From: an uncultured virus (IMG/VR IMGVR_UViG_3300044608_000291)
Taxonomy: Duplodnaviria > Heunggongvirae > Uroviricota > Caudoviricetes
Length of the DNA: 20,000 bases
IMG/VR virus record: IMGVR_UViG_3300044608_000291
Reading direction: 5' to 3' (one strand)
The notes under the pieces were generated by a model. It saw only the letters and a program-made list of their open reading frames with translations, was not told the origin of the DNA and did no database searches. Both the position numbers and the translations under genes were made by a program. Positions 1 through 8,573 of the stretch are shown here, piece after piece; the first letter of the stretch is position 1, and each line of letters begins with the position of its first letter.

Positions 1-747
1 GAGGCGCGGGTGCTTGCATGGCTAGCTGGTCAAGACGACGTGGTGCAGCAGTTTGCTAAGGGTGAGGATGTCTACTCGATCTTCGCGTCGAAGATTTACG
101 GACGCCCGATCTCCAAGGCGGATCCCGTCGAGCGGTTCGTTGGCAAGACCTGCATCCTCGGACTCGGGTACGGCACAGGCGCAGCAAAGCTACAGCACAC
201 GCTCGCCACGGCGCAGCCAGTCAACAAGAACATGACTATCGACGAGTGCCAAGACATAGTAAAGATCTACCGCGATGCCAATGAGATGATCCCCCAACTA
301 TGGCAGGACGGGGACGACGCCATCCGAAGCATGTTCCACGGCGGGGGCGACTACTACTTTGACCGGCGCGGGAGCCTGATCATCACGAAAGAGGGCATAC
401 GCTTGCCTAACGGACTTCATATCCGTTACCCGAACATCACGCTGGAACAGGGTAAGTTTACGTATAAATCTCGAAAAGGCCCGGTCTCGATCTGGGGCGG
501 AGTGATCGTCGAGAACGTGGTGCAAGCCCTTGCCCGGATCATCGTGGCTACACAGATGCTCAAGGTCGCCGAGCGATACAAGGTGGCCTGTACTGTGCAT
601 GACTCGATCGTCGCTGTCGTTCACAAAGACAAGATCGATGAAGCCGTGGACTACATCACTGAATGTATGTCTACACCACCAAATTGGGCGGAAGGTCTGC
701 CCATCACATGCGAAGCAAAGTACGCGCAAGCGTATGGACAATGCTGA
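1..747 (+). CDS. polA: Family A DNA polymerase, C-terminal part (5' truncated by window)
   Basis: Frame open from base 1 (EARVLAWLAG = tail of motif A); motif B RFVGKTCILGLGYG; ENVVQALAR; motif C TVHDSIV; stop TGA at 745-747. Confidence 0.95.
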   Translation, partial: EARVLAWLAGQDDVVQQFAKGEDVYSIFASKIYGRPISKADPVERFVGKTCILGLGYGTGAAKLQHTLATAQPVNKNMTIDECQDIVKIYRDANEMIPQLWQDGDDAIRSMFHGGGDYYFDRRGSLIITKEGIRLPNGLHIRYPNITLEQGKFTYKSRKGPVSIWGGVIVENVVQALARIIVATQMLKVAERYKVACTVHDSIVAVVHKDKIDEAVDYITECMSTPPNWAEGLPITCEAKYAQAYGQC

Positions 748-777
748 ACCAACCCGATATAGTCAAAGGAAGTCGTT

Positions 778-1017
778 ATGTCAATCATGAAGCAGAATGA
801 AAAAGCTGAAACGCACGAACAAATTGTCTACGATCTAAAAGGTATCACCTACGTCCCACACTACCGAAACAGCTCAATCTTCGTCGGTCCCGGTTATCCA
901 AGACATACCAACACACGGTATTCAAAGGCAGAACTGTTACTGCGTGGCGCAAAGCCACGGACTGAGTTCTTGTGGTCGCGTGGTACGACGGGAGAAGTTT
1001 CCGACCGTAACCCATAG
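778..1017 (+). CDS. Hypothetical phage protein (79 aa)
   Basis: ATG with AAGGAAG SD-like sequence upstream; fills the gap between polA and the nuclease; no recognisable motif. Confidence 0.7.
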   Translation: MSIMKQNEKAETHEQIVYDLKGITYVPHYRNSSIFVGPGYPRHTNTRYSKAELLLRGAKPRTEFLWSRGTTGEVSDRNP

Positions 1018-1024
1018 AGGATCT

Positions 1025-1687
1025 ATGTCAGCCACCGACTTCACTTGGTCATACTCTTCGCTCAAGGACTACATCAATTGCCCTCGGCAGTATCACGAGG
1101 TCAAGGTTCTCAAGCGGTTTACTAAACGTGTCACGCCACAAATGCGGTATGGCACAGAAGTTCACTCAGCCATAGAAGATTATGTGCGTGAGGGTAAACC
1201 CCTAAAGAAGAACTATGAAATTTACAAACCAATGCTTGATGCGGTCCGTGAGATCCCCGGCGAGAAGTTTTGTGAATTCAAGATGGCGCTTGACCGAAAC
1301 ATGTCCCCGTGTAGTTATGGCAAGGATTACTGGGTACGTGGGATTGCGGACTTGGTGGTCATCGACGGCGACAGTGGGTTTGTCATTGACTACAAGACTG
1401 GCAGTAACAAGTACCCGGATCCAAATCAGTTGAAGTTGATGGCTATCATGGCATTCGCGCATTTCCCCGAGCTTCAGAGCATCAAGGCTGGGCTACTGTT
1501 CGTAGCCCACGCTAGCTTTGTGACCGAGGAGTACACCCGCGACATGGTGTCGTCAATGTGGGAAAAATACTTTGCGCCCGATCTCGATCGCTTACGTGGT
1601 TCTTACACGAGTAATGTGTGGAACCCTAACCAAACCCCGCTGTGTGGCTGGTGCCCAGTGGACACATGCGAATACCACCGAGGATGA
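1025..1687 (+). CDS. Cas4/RecB-like PD-(D/E)XK exonuclease with putative Fe-S cysteines
   Basis: WSYSSLKDYINCPRQY, GTEVH, RGIADL, VIDYKTG, QLKLMA, C-terminal CGWCPVDTC (1+3 Cys pattern). Start moved to ATG 1025 because AGAGG lies just upstream. Confidence 0.9.
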   Translation: MSATDFTWSYSSLKDYINCPRQYHEVKVLKRFTKRVTPQMRYGTEVHSAIEDYVREGKPLKKNYEIYKPMLDAVREIPGEKFCEFKMALDRNMSPCSYGKDYWVRGIADLVVIDGDSGFVIDYKTGSNKYPDPNQLKLMAIMAFAHFPELQSIKAGLLFVAHASFVTEEYTRDMVSSMWEKYFAPDLDRLRGSYTSNVWNPNQTPLCGWCPVDTCEYHRG

Positions 1688-1923
1688 ATATGGAAGAAGT
1701 AATTGATCATGCACTGCCGCTCATCAAGATCCGCGCGTTCATAAAAGCAATTGAGCAGGAACTTCTCCGGAATGATTTCTTAGCCGCTCGTACTACAGCA
1801 CTGAACATGATTGTGGAAGTGCGGGCTCTTAGCGTAATCATCCGACATATGCAGCAGCAAGAAGAGGCGCTGACGCAAGCGAGGGATAGAAATGCCGTAC
1901 AAGAACAAACCGAGACCGTATAA
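1684..1923 (+). CDS. Hypothetical helical phage protein
   Basis: ATGA start/stop overlap with the nuclease gene (alternative ATG at 1690 with GAGGA upstream); amphipathic helical sequence. Confidence 0.65.
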   Translation: MNMEEVIDHALPLIKIRAFIKAIEQELLRNDFLAARTTALNMIVEVRALSVIIRHMQQQEEALTQARDRNAVQEQTETV

Positions 1924-2146
1924 AAAAGAGTATCAGCAACAGGTCGAGCGCGGCGAGCATGAAGACCGCATGGAACGCCAACGTGCAAGGCGGACGCTCG
2001 ACAAGAAAGGTGTTAACCGAAAAGGCAAGGACGTGGCGCACGTCAAAGCCTTGAGCAAGGGTGGCACGAACGCTGATGGATACAAACTTGAATCGCCCAG
2101 TAAGAACCGATCGTTCCGTCGCAACTCTGACGGTTCGATGAAATGA
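1892..2146 (+). CDS. Small HNH-like protein (possibly degenerate nuclease)
   Basis: Basic N-terminus (RPYKKEY...RARR) followed by GKDVAHVKALSKGGTN...S.NRS, the pattern of small phage HNH proteins; GGGA SD-like sequence upstream. Confidence 0.75.
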   Translation: MPYKNKPRPYKKEYQQQVERGEHEDRMERQRARRTLDKKGVNRKGKDVAHVKALSKGGTNADGYKLESPSKNRSFRRNSDGSMK

Positions 2147-2147
2147 G

Positions 2148-2269
2148 CAGTTGCAGGGCGTCGCTGTTAGGCGTGAGTGGGCGACTGGGGAAGGCTTCAA
2201 AACCGCGCCAGCTAATTAGCGGGACTCCTCTTCGCTGAATTAGCCGACTAACCCCCGTAAGGGGTCAGT
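2148..2269 (+). promoter_or_regulatory. Structured intergenic leader upstream of the helicase (hairpins, possible pseudoknot)
   Basis: Inverted repeat 2211-2244; CCCC-GTAA-GGGG hairpin 2253-2264; GTCGCT/GGCGAC 2160-2185; GGCGTG/CGCGCC 2170-2209. Confidence 0.4.
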
Positions 2270-2289
2270 ACAACACGTAAAGGATCGTC

Positions 2290-3849
2290 ATGGAAGTCAT
2301 TGATAACACCGCGTTGCGTATCGTTGTACCGACCGGTGATGTACCGTCAATTAAAAATCACATCGAGCGATGTGAAGTTTTGCAAAGTAATACACAGCAC
2401 TCTGAGCTGTTGGTCTACTGGGGTATCAACGAGATGCAACGTCTCGCAAGGCTGTATGCCGACATACCCTCACCAATCGAACGCGACTACAAGTGGCCGG
2501 GGCTCTACAAGCCCTTCAAACATCAGCGCGTCACTGCTGCGTTCCTGTCTATGCGCGATCGTGCTTTCTGCTTCAACGAAGCGGGTACAGGCAAGACCTC
2601 CTCCGTAGTCTGGGCAGCGGATTATCTGATGCAAGAAAAGCAGATTAGACGTGTGCTGATCATCTGCCCGCTGTCGATCATGTACTCCGCATGGCAAGAC
2701 GATATCTTCAAGACGGCAATGCATAGGACTGCGGCCGTAGCGCACGGTGACACGAAGAAGCGTCAGAAAGTTATTAGAGGAGAGTATGAGTTCGTCGTGA
2801 TCAACTACGACGGGGTGGGCACGGTCGAGGACGATATCAAGGCATCAGGGTTTGACCTAATAGTCATCGACGAAGCAAATGCGTATAAGAACACTTCAAC
2901 TAAACGGTGGAAGACCTTGAGTCGCTTGCTTACCCCCTCTACGCGCTTGTGGATGTTGACCGGCACACCAGCGTCACAGTCTCCTGAGGACGCCTTTGGC
3001 CTTGCCAAGCTCATCTGCCCCGGCAACGTACCGAAGTGGAAGACTACGTGGAAAGAGCAAGTGATGTATCAAGTCTCGCGCTTCCGCTGGCTCCCCAAAG
3101 CGAACTCCCGCAAGCTCGTGTACCAAGCTCTACAGCCCGCGATCAGGTTTGAAAAATCACAATGCCTTGATCTACCTAGCGTGACATATCAGACGCGCCA
3201 TGTCGCACTGACTGCGCAGGTTGCGAGGTACTACAAACTGATCAAGGACCAAATGCTCGTCGAGACTGCGGGCGTACAGATCACAGCGGTCAACGCTGCC
3301 GCGAAGGTCAGCAAGCTGTTACAGATTTCAGGCGGCGCAGTGTATGCAGAGGGTAACGACATCGTTGAGTTCGACATCGGCCCAAGGCTCGACACACTGC
3401 TTGAGGTACTGGAAGAGACTGAGCACAAGGTCATCGTCTTTGTACCGTTCCGTCACACGATCGAACTCGTCAGCAAATTTTTAACTAGTAAAGGAGTGAC
3501 CAATGAAATCATAAGCGGAGATGTAACCGCTCGTAATCGAGCAGACATCATCAGTCGATTCCAAAAGCAAACTGACCCACGTGTACTTGTTATTCAACCT
3601 CAGGCGGCTTCGCACGGTGTAACACTGACTGCCGCTGATACCGTTGTCTTCTGGTCCCCCGTAACAAGTGTGGAGACATATCTGCAATGCATAGCGCGGA
3701 TCGATCGTGTCGGTCAACAGAACAAGATGACCGTCGTACACCTGCAAGGGTCTGCGATCGAGAGACAGATGTACACAATGCTACGCAACAAAGTGGATCT
3801 GCATAGTCAGTTAGTCGATTTGTACAAACAGGAGTTAGAGAATGAGTGA
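2290..3849 (+). CDS. SNF2-family (SF2) DNA helicase
   Basis: PFKHQ Q-motif, FNEAGTGKT (I), IICPLS (Ia), VIDEAN (II), LTGTP (III), SHGVTLTAAD (V), QCIARIDRVGQ (VI); AAAGGA SD. Confidence 0.93.
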   Translation: MEVIDNTALRIVVPTGDVPSIKNHIERCEVLQSNTQHSELLVYWGINEMQRLARLYADIPSPIERDYKWPGLYKPFKHQRVTAAFLSMRDRAFCFNEAGTGKTSSVVWAADYLMQEKQIRRVLIICPLSIMYSAWQDDIFKTAMHRTAAVAHGDTKKRQKVIRGEYEFVVINYDGVGTVEDDIKASGFDLIVIDEANAYKNTSTKRWKTLSRLLTPSTRLWMLTGTPASQSPEDAFGLAKLICPGNVPKWKTTWKEQVMYQVSRFRWLPKANSRKLVYQALQPAIRFEKSQCLDLPSVTYQTRHVALTAQVARYYKLIKDQMLVETAGVQITAVNAAAKVSKLLQISGGAVYAEGNDIVEFDIGPRLDTLLEVLEETEHKVIVFVPFRHTIELVSKFLTSKGVTNEIISGDVTARNRADIISRFQKQTDPRVLVIQPQAASHGVTLTAADTVVFWSPVTSVETYLQCIARIDRVGQQNKMTVVHLQGSAIERQMYTMLRNKVDLHSQLVDLYKQELENE

Positions 3850-4273
3850 GACCGCTGAAGTAAGCATGGAAAGTGATCTTGGCTTTGAGGATCTGGTCAA
3901 GGCATACATGAACATCCGCGAGGCACGTCAGCAACTGAAAGAGAAGTACGAGCTTGATGACGCCGCGCTGTCGAACGATATGAACACTATTGAGGGACTG
4001 CTGCTCAACAAGTGTAACGAGATCAACGCAAGTAGCATCCGCACAGGTTATGGCACGGTCGTGCGCAAGTTGAACGAGAGGTTCTACTGCAACGATTGGC
4101 CGAACTTCAGAAACTTTGTTCTTGAACACGGCGCGATTGAATTGCTGGAGCGTCGCATTCACCAAAGTAACTTCAAGGAATTCATGGAAGGTCGGCTAGA
4201 GAAAGACGGTCTGCCTCCCGGAGTAAACGTCATGCGTGAGTATGGCGTAGTTGTTCGTAAACCCACCAAGTAA
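3842..4273 (+). CDS. Conserved phage replication-module protein, coiled-coil N-terminus, function unknown
   Basis: 143-aa ORF overlapping the helicase stop, GGAG upstream; LVKAYMNIRE...SIRTGYGTV...DWPNF...LLERRI...PPGV pattern familiar from phage replication modules. Confidence 0.8.
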   Translation: MSETAEVSMESDLGFEDLVKAYMNIREARQQLKEKYELDDAALSNDMNTIEGLLLNKCNEINASSIRTGYGTVVRKLNERFYCNDWPNFRNFVLEHGAIELLERRIHQSNFKEFMEGRLEKDGLPPGVNVMREYGVVVRKPTK

Positions 4274-4285
4274 GGAAAGTCAATC

Positions 4286-5116
4286 ATGGCTAATGAACTC
4301 GCAACCCTCATCGCTAACAACCCCGCACTCGTTCAAACCGGGCTTGATGAAGATACCGCCGCTATTGCAGGTGGTAATCGTGGGGGCACGAAGCGTATCT
4401 CGATCAAGGGCGGTGTCTTCCGCAAGTATGTTGGCGGTAAAGAGGTCGGCGCGATCGAAGACCGTCACATGAACATCATCTTCGTCAAGATGGCGCACAA
4501 GCCCGCGCGTACGTACTACGAGCAAGACTACGTGGAAGGCGAGCGGATCAGCCCGACTTGCTGGTCTACTGATTCCGATACCCCGGATGCGGAAGTCCCG
4601 AGTCCGATGTCCGACAAGTGCTCAAACTGCCCGAAGTCAATCAAAGGCTCGGGGCGGAACAACAGCGCGGCGTGCCGTTTGTCTTGGCGTACAGCAGTGG
4701 TTCTCCCCAATGATCCGTCGGGCGATGTGATGCACCTGACGCTTCCGGCTACTTCTGTGTTCGGTGAGGAAGACAACGGTCGCTATCCGTTCCGTCCGTA
4801 CATCATGTATCTCGCAGCACACAACGTCGCAGCGGGGCGCGTGATCACCCGCATGGCGTTTGATACTAAATCGCCAACTCCAAAGGTGATGTTCAGTGTG
4901 GCCGGAGTTGTACCGGACGAAGATCTCGCCGTGCTCGCTAACCAAGCGAAGACCCCGGCAGCAGAGAGCGCGATCAAGATGACGGTCTATAAGGCGGACG
5001 AGGCCACAGGTGAAGCCACACGGGCGCAACCTGTGCTGCGCGAGAGCGCGGGACTCAACGAGACCAAGACCGCTGAGACGAGTGAAGTCATCAAGAAGTG
5101 GTCCAAGAAGAGCTGA
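4286..5116 (+). CDS. Putative ssDNA-binding/recombination protein with Cys cluster
   Basis: AAGGAAAG SD; beta-rich core, PTCWS...CSNCP...AACR (4 Cys), low-complexity tail; located between helicase and primase. Function is inference. Confidence 0.55.
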   Translation: MANELATLIANNPALVQTGLDEDTAAIAGGNRGGTKRISIKGGVFRKYVGGKEVGAIEDRHMNIIFVKMAHKPARTYYEQDYVEGERISPTCWSTDSDTPDAEVPSPMSDKCSNCPKSIKGSGRNNSAACRLSWRTAVVLPNDPSGDVMHLTLPATSVFGEEDNGRYPFRPYIMYLAAHNVAAGRVITRMAFDTKSPTPKVMFSVAGVVPDEDLAVLANQAKTPAAESAIKMTVYKADEATGEATRAQPVLRESAGLNETKTAETSEVIKKWSKKS

Positions 5117-5117
5117 T

Positions 5118-5435
5118 ATGTCGAGGTCATATAGTCAAGAGTTCGTAGACTACGTGACCAAGACAGAACGCGAGAGCGCGGGTATTGATCTAGCAAGGCT
5201 ATGTATCAAAGCTAATCTGCCCGCTGCTTTCGTGGCACAGTTTCTTGGTGTGTCACGCATGACAGTCTACACATGGTTCCGAGGGGAGAAACTTCGCTTC
5301 AAGAATATGTTGATGGTGGAGTCTCTGACCGCACGGGTTCAGAAAGATCTCGATGCCGGTAGGTTGCCGGTCGATAACAAGAAAGGAGCAAAGGCATACC
5401 TTGAAGAGCTAGGTATGCAAAGCAAGCAAGAGTAG
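5118..5435 (+). CDS. Cro/CI-like helix-turn-helix DNA-binding protein
   Basis: AAFVAQFLGVSRMTVYTWFRG HTH signature; ATG at 5118 immediately after the upstream stop (5114-5116). Confidence 0.85.
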   Translation: MSRSYSQEFVDYVTKTERESAGIDLARLCIKANLPAAFVAQFLGVSRMTVYTWFRGEKLRFKNMLMVESLTARVQKDLDAGRLPVDNKKGAKAYLEELGMQSKQE

Positions 5436-5462
5436 GTGGCCCCCACCATCTACGATCTTCAT

Positions 5463-5486
5463 AGGCGAGCGAGTCTCGCCTTTTTT
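5463..5486 (+). terminator. Rho-independent terminator-like hairpin
   Basis: AGGCGAG-cgagt-CTCGCCT stem-loop running into a T6 tract. Confidence 0.75.
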
Positions 5487-5500
5487 GACCCTGACAACAG

Positions 5501-8395
5501 ATGCTAAAACAATTTTATGAGAAAGCTCTTCCAGTCATGGAAGGAGGCATGTACTGCATCGGTGCAGCGGACTCGACAATGCGCGATCCGGATGCGCCAC
5601 ACAAGCCAAGCCCATACGCATGGAAACATCATTGGGTGGAATCACTAGAGGAGGCGTACGACAAAGTTGAACAACTGAAGAAGGCGGAGAAATATAATAT
5701 CTACGTTGCGATGGGCATCTTCCCCGGCCCGAAGCGAGATGCCGAGACCTGCGCTTTTCTGAAGACGGTATTCCTCGACATCGATGTCGGCCCCGCTGCT
5801 GTCAAAGCGAAGATGGGGTACGCGACAAAAGAAGAAGCCATCGCCGCGCTAGATAGATTGATACAAGAAGCAGAGTTACCAGAACCGTTCCGCGTGGATT
5901 CAGGAGTTGGTATTCATGCTTATTGGGTCTTTGATACGCAGATCCCGAAACATGAGTTCATCCCATACGCCAAACTTTTCCGAGACCTGTGCAGAAAGCA
6001 CATCGACTTCGACCCAAATGCAAACTCCACAGACGCCGCCCGCTGTATGCGATGGATCGATTCCGTCAATTACTCCGCTGAAACCCCACAACATACGAAA
6101 GTTCTTAGCGACGAGCTGCACATATATTCTTTCGACGAGTTCAAAGAATTCTTAGGTGAGCCGCCGTTTGATGTCAAAGAAATCTTAGCCTCCGCGCACA
6201 AAGGGCTAGACGAAGAGACTAAGAAGTTTCTGAAGAACGACAACTTCGAACGGTCGTTTGAACAACTCGCCGCAAAGAGTCTTGATGATGTTGGTTGTAA
6301 TCAAATTAAGAACATCATCATTAACGCACGAGATTTGGTAGAGCCGCTGTGGTGGGCGGGGCTATCGATTGCGAGATTCTGCGACGACGGCGACACAGCA
6401 ATCCACAAACTATCCGAAGACTACGACGGCTACAGCCATGAAGAGACAAAACAAAAAGCAGAACGTCTCGATGCCCCCCGAACCTGCCAATGGTTCCTTG
6501 AGAACTACCCCGATCACTGTGATGGATGTCAACATCGAGGAAAGATCAACAGCCCTATTTCTCTCGCCCGAGTCTTTAAAGTTGCTCCCCCGTCCAATGA
6601 GACGGACCCAATTCGGACGGACGAGGATTCCCAAGGTATTCAAGGTTTCCCGAATGCCCTCTTCCCATTCATGAGGGGGGAGAAAGGTGGTATCTACTAC
6701 CAGCCGCCACCGAAAATCGACAAAAAAGGGAAGAAGCTTGATCAAGATGTAGAGATGATCTTCCCGTACGACTTTTATCCAATTCGCAGGATCTATAGTC
6801 CGCACGACGGCGAGTGTTTGATGATGCATGTGGATCTACCACGTGACGCGCGTCGATCATTCCTGTTACCGATGAGGTCGGTGTATGCGCAAGAAACTTT
6901 CCGCTCACTTCTTACCTCAAACGGTGTATTGTTTTCACACCATAACTCGCAATCAATCATGAACTACGTAATCAAATGGGGGCAGTATATGCAGACCTCG
7001 GGGCAAGCTGAAGTTATGCGGATGCAGATGGGCTGGACTGAAAATATCTTCGACGACTCGTGGGTCGATCGATCGTTCGTCATCGGCACACGCGAGATAA
7101 AAAAGACAGGCGAAGTTACAGACGCCCCAACATCACCGTTTGTGAAAGGCGTGTCACGACTACTGCATCCGCGCGGTACATACGAGAAGTGGCAGCAGTC
7201 GGCTCAAGAACTCAACGCGCCGGGGTTCGAGCTACATGCACTCGCCATGCTCGCTGGATTTGGGTCGCCGTTGATGTGCTATACATCAACTTCAGGTGTC
7301 ACCATTTCCTTTACAGGCAAGTCAGGTGTAGCCAAGACCGGTGCTTTGTACGGGGCGCTAAGCATCTGGGGCAACCCGAAAGAGCTAAGCGTGTGTGAGA
7401 CGACGGAGAACGGATTTACTGGGCGTTATCTATCTTTACGCAATCTTCCATTCGGTCTTGACGAGGCATCGAACCGTGAAGGTAAGTGGATCTCAGACAT
7501 GATCCACAAAGTGTCGCATGGCAAGACGAAGATTCGTATGCAAGCATCTGTCAACGCTGAGCGTGAGTATGAAATGGCCGGGTCGATGATTGCCATCATC
7601 ACGACTAACCAGCCGTTGTACGCAAAGCTGGAATCCTACAAGGTTAATCCAGACGGGGAAGCTGCGCGGCTCATGGAGTTCATGCTCGCAAAGCCCGAAG
7701 CACTTGAGATAGGTGGTGGCAGTATCGGTCGCATGATCTTCGACCCGTTTAACTTTAACTACGGTCATGCGGGGCCGAAGTTTGTGCAAGCCTTGATGCA
7801 GTACACCGACAACGCTATCCGAGACATGATCAACAGATGGCTAGCGCGGTTCGCTGCTGACTTCGGACATGACTCTGCGTATCGCTTCCACGCTAACGGC
7901 GTAGCGTCGATGTTCACAGCAGGAGAGGTCGCGAACAACGCAGGCATCATCAACTACGATCTTGAACGCATATACAAAAGCACGATCAGAGAGTTGATCA
8001 ACATCCGCGACACAGTGATCGAAGTCAATCGGACAGACTACAGCGCCTTGCTTGGCGAATACATCAACAAGAACCTCAACAGCATTTTGGTGTTGCACGA
8101 CAAGCGAGTGAAAGTAGAGCCACGCAATCAGATCGTCGCTCGCATCTCTGTTGATGAGAACTTGCTACAAGTGTCGAAGACAGAGTTCAAGAAATATCTG
8201 CAAGACCGAAACATCTCGTCGCGTGAGTTCGAAGAGGATATGCGGCAACGTGGCTATCTCACCGAGGTCAAGAAAGGTAGGCTGACGACCGGATGGAACG
8301 GCGGGTTCGGTACAGACCCCGTGTACCTGTACATATTCAAGACACAGATCCCAGAGGAGTGGAAGAATGGACCCGCAGCAGATGCTGGAGCCTGA
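5501..8395 (+). CDS. Primase-helicase fusion (AEP/RepB-like primase + Cys-rich region + DUF927/Cch-like P-loop helicase)
   Basis: VFLDIDVG and VDSGVGIHAYW (AEP motifs), RTCQWF...CDGCQHRG, QMGW, Walker A-like GKSGVAKT, Walker B FGLDE, ITTN, NYGHAG. Confidence 0.88.
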   Translation: MLKQFYEKALPVMEGGMYCIGAADSTMRDPDAPHKPSPYAWKHHWVESLEEAYDKVEQLKKAEKYNIYVAMGIFPGPKRDAETCAFLKTVFLDIDVGPAAVKAKMGYATKEEAIAALDRLIQEAELPEPFRVDSGVGIHAYWVFDTQIPKHEFIPYAKLFRDLCRKHIDFDPNANSTDAARCMRWIDSVNYSAETPQHTKVLSDELHIYSFDEFKEFLGEPPFDVKEILASAHKGLDEETKKFLKNDNFERSFEQLAAKSLDDVGCNQIKNIIINARDLVEPLWWAGLSIARFCDDGDTAIHKLSEDYDGYSHEETKQKAERLDAPRTCQWFLENYPDHCDGCQHRGKINSPISLARVFKVAPPSNETDPIRTDEDSQGIQGFPNALFPFMRGEKGGIYYQPPPKIDKKGKKLDQDVEMIFPYDFYPIRRIYSPHDGECLMMHVDLPRDARRSFLLPMRSVYAQETFRSLLTSNGVLFSHHNSQSIMNYVIKWGQYMQTSGQAEVMRMQMGWTENIFDDSWVDRSFVIGTREIKKTGEVTDAPTSPFVKGVSRLLHPRGTYEKWQQSAQELNAPGFELHALAMLAGFGSPLMCYTSTSGVTISFTGKSGVAKTGALYGALSIWGNPKELSVCETTENGFTGRYLSLRNLPFGLDEASNREGKWISDMIHKVSHGKTKIRMQASVNAEREYEMAGSMIAIITTNQPLYAKLESYKVNPDGEAARLMEFMLAKPEALEIGGGSIGRMIFDPFNFNYGHAGPKFVQALMQYTDNAIRDMINRWLARFAADFGHDSAYRFHANGVASMFTAGEVANNAGIINYDLERIYKSTIRELINIRDTVIEVNRTDYSALLGEYINKNLNSILVLHDKRVKVEPRNQIVARISVDENLLQVSKTEFKKYLQDRNISSREFEEDMRQRGYLTEVKKGRLTTGWNGGFGTDPVYLYIFKTQIPEEWKNGPAADAGA

Positions 8396-8573
8396 GTGGA
8401 TATTCCCGTTTCAAGGCATGGCAGTCGGGGATAGTTTCTTTATCCCCACTGCACGGGTCGCAGAGATGATGTACGCGATTGAGTCGGGGGCCAAGCGGGC
8501 GCAAGTCCGTGTTAAGGCTTACCCGACTATCAAGGATGAATGCTTAGGCGTACGTGTGTGGCGAGTGCGCTAG
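8367..8573 (+). CDS. Small conserved phage protein (FPF..M.VGDSFFIP...VRVWR type), possibly DNA-binding
   Basis: 68 aa, GAGGAG SD upstream; motif recurrent in phage genomes. Confidence 0.8.
   Translation: MDPQQMLEPEWIFPFQGMAVGDSFFIPTARVAEMMYAIESGAKRAQVRVKAYPTIKDECLGVRVWRVR

Noticed and set aside
1025..1687. Cas4-like gene as evidence of CRISPR-Cas
   Set aside because: No cas1/cas2 or array; solo Cas4-like nucleases are common in phage replication modules.
2140..2290. Frameshift or readthrough fusion of the HNH gene to the helicase via the pseudoknot
   Set aside because: Genes are in different frames and the helicase frame has a TGA at 2236-2238.
944..5117. Longer upstream starts at 944, 1642 and 5010 from the ORF track
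   Set aside because: They create long overlaps; ATGs at 1025, 1684 and 5118 fit SD position or translational coupling better.
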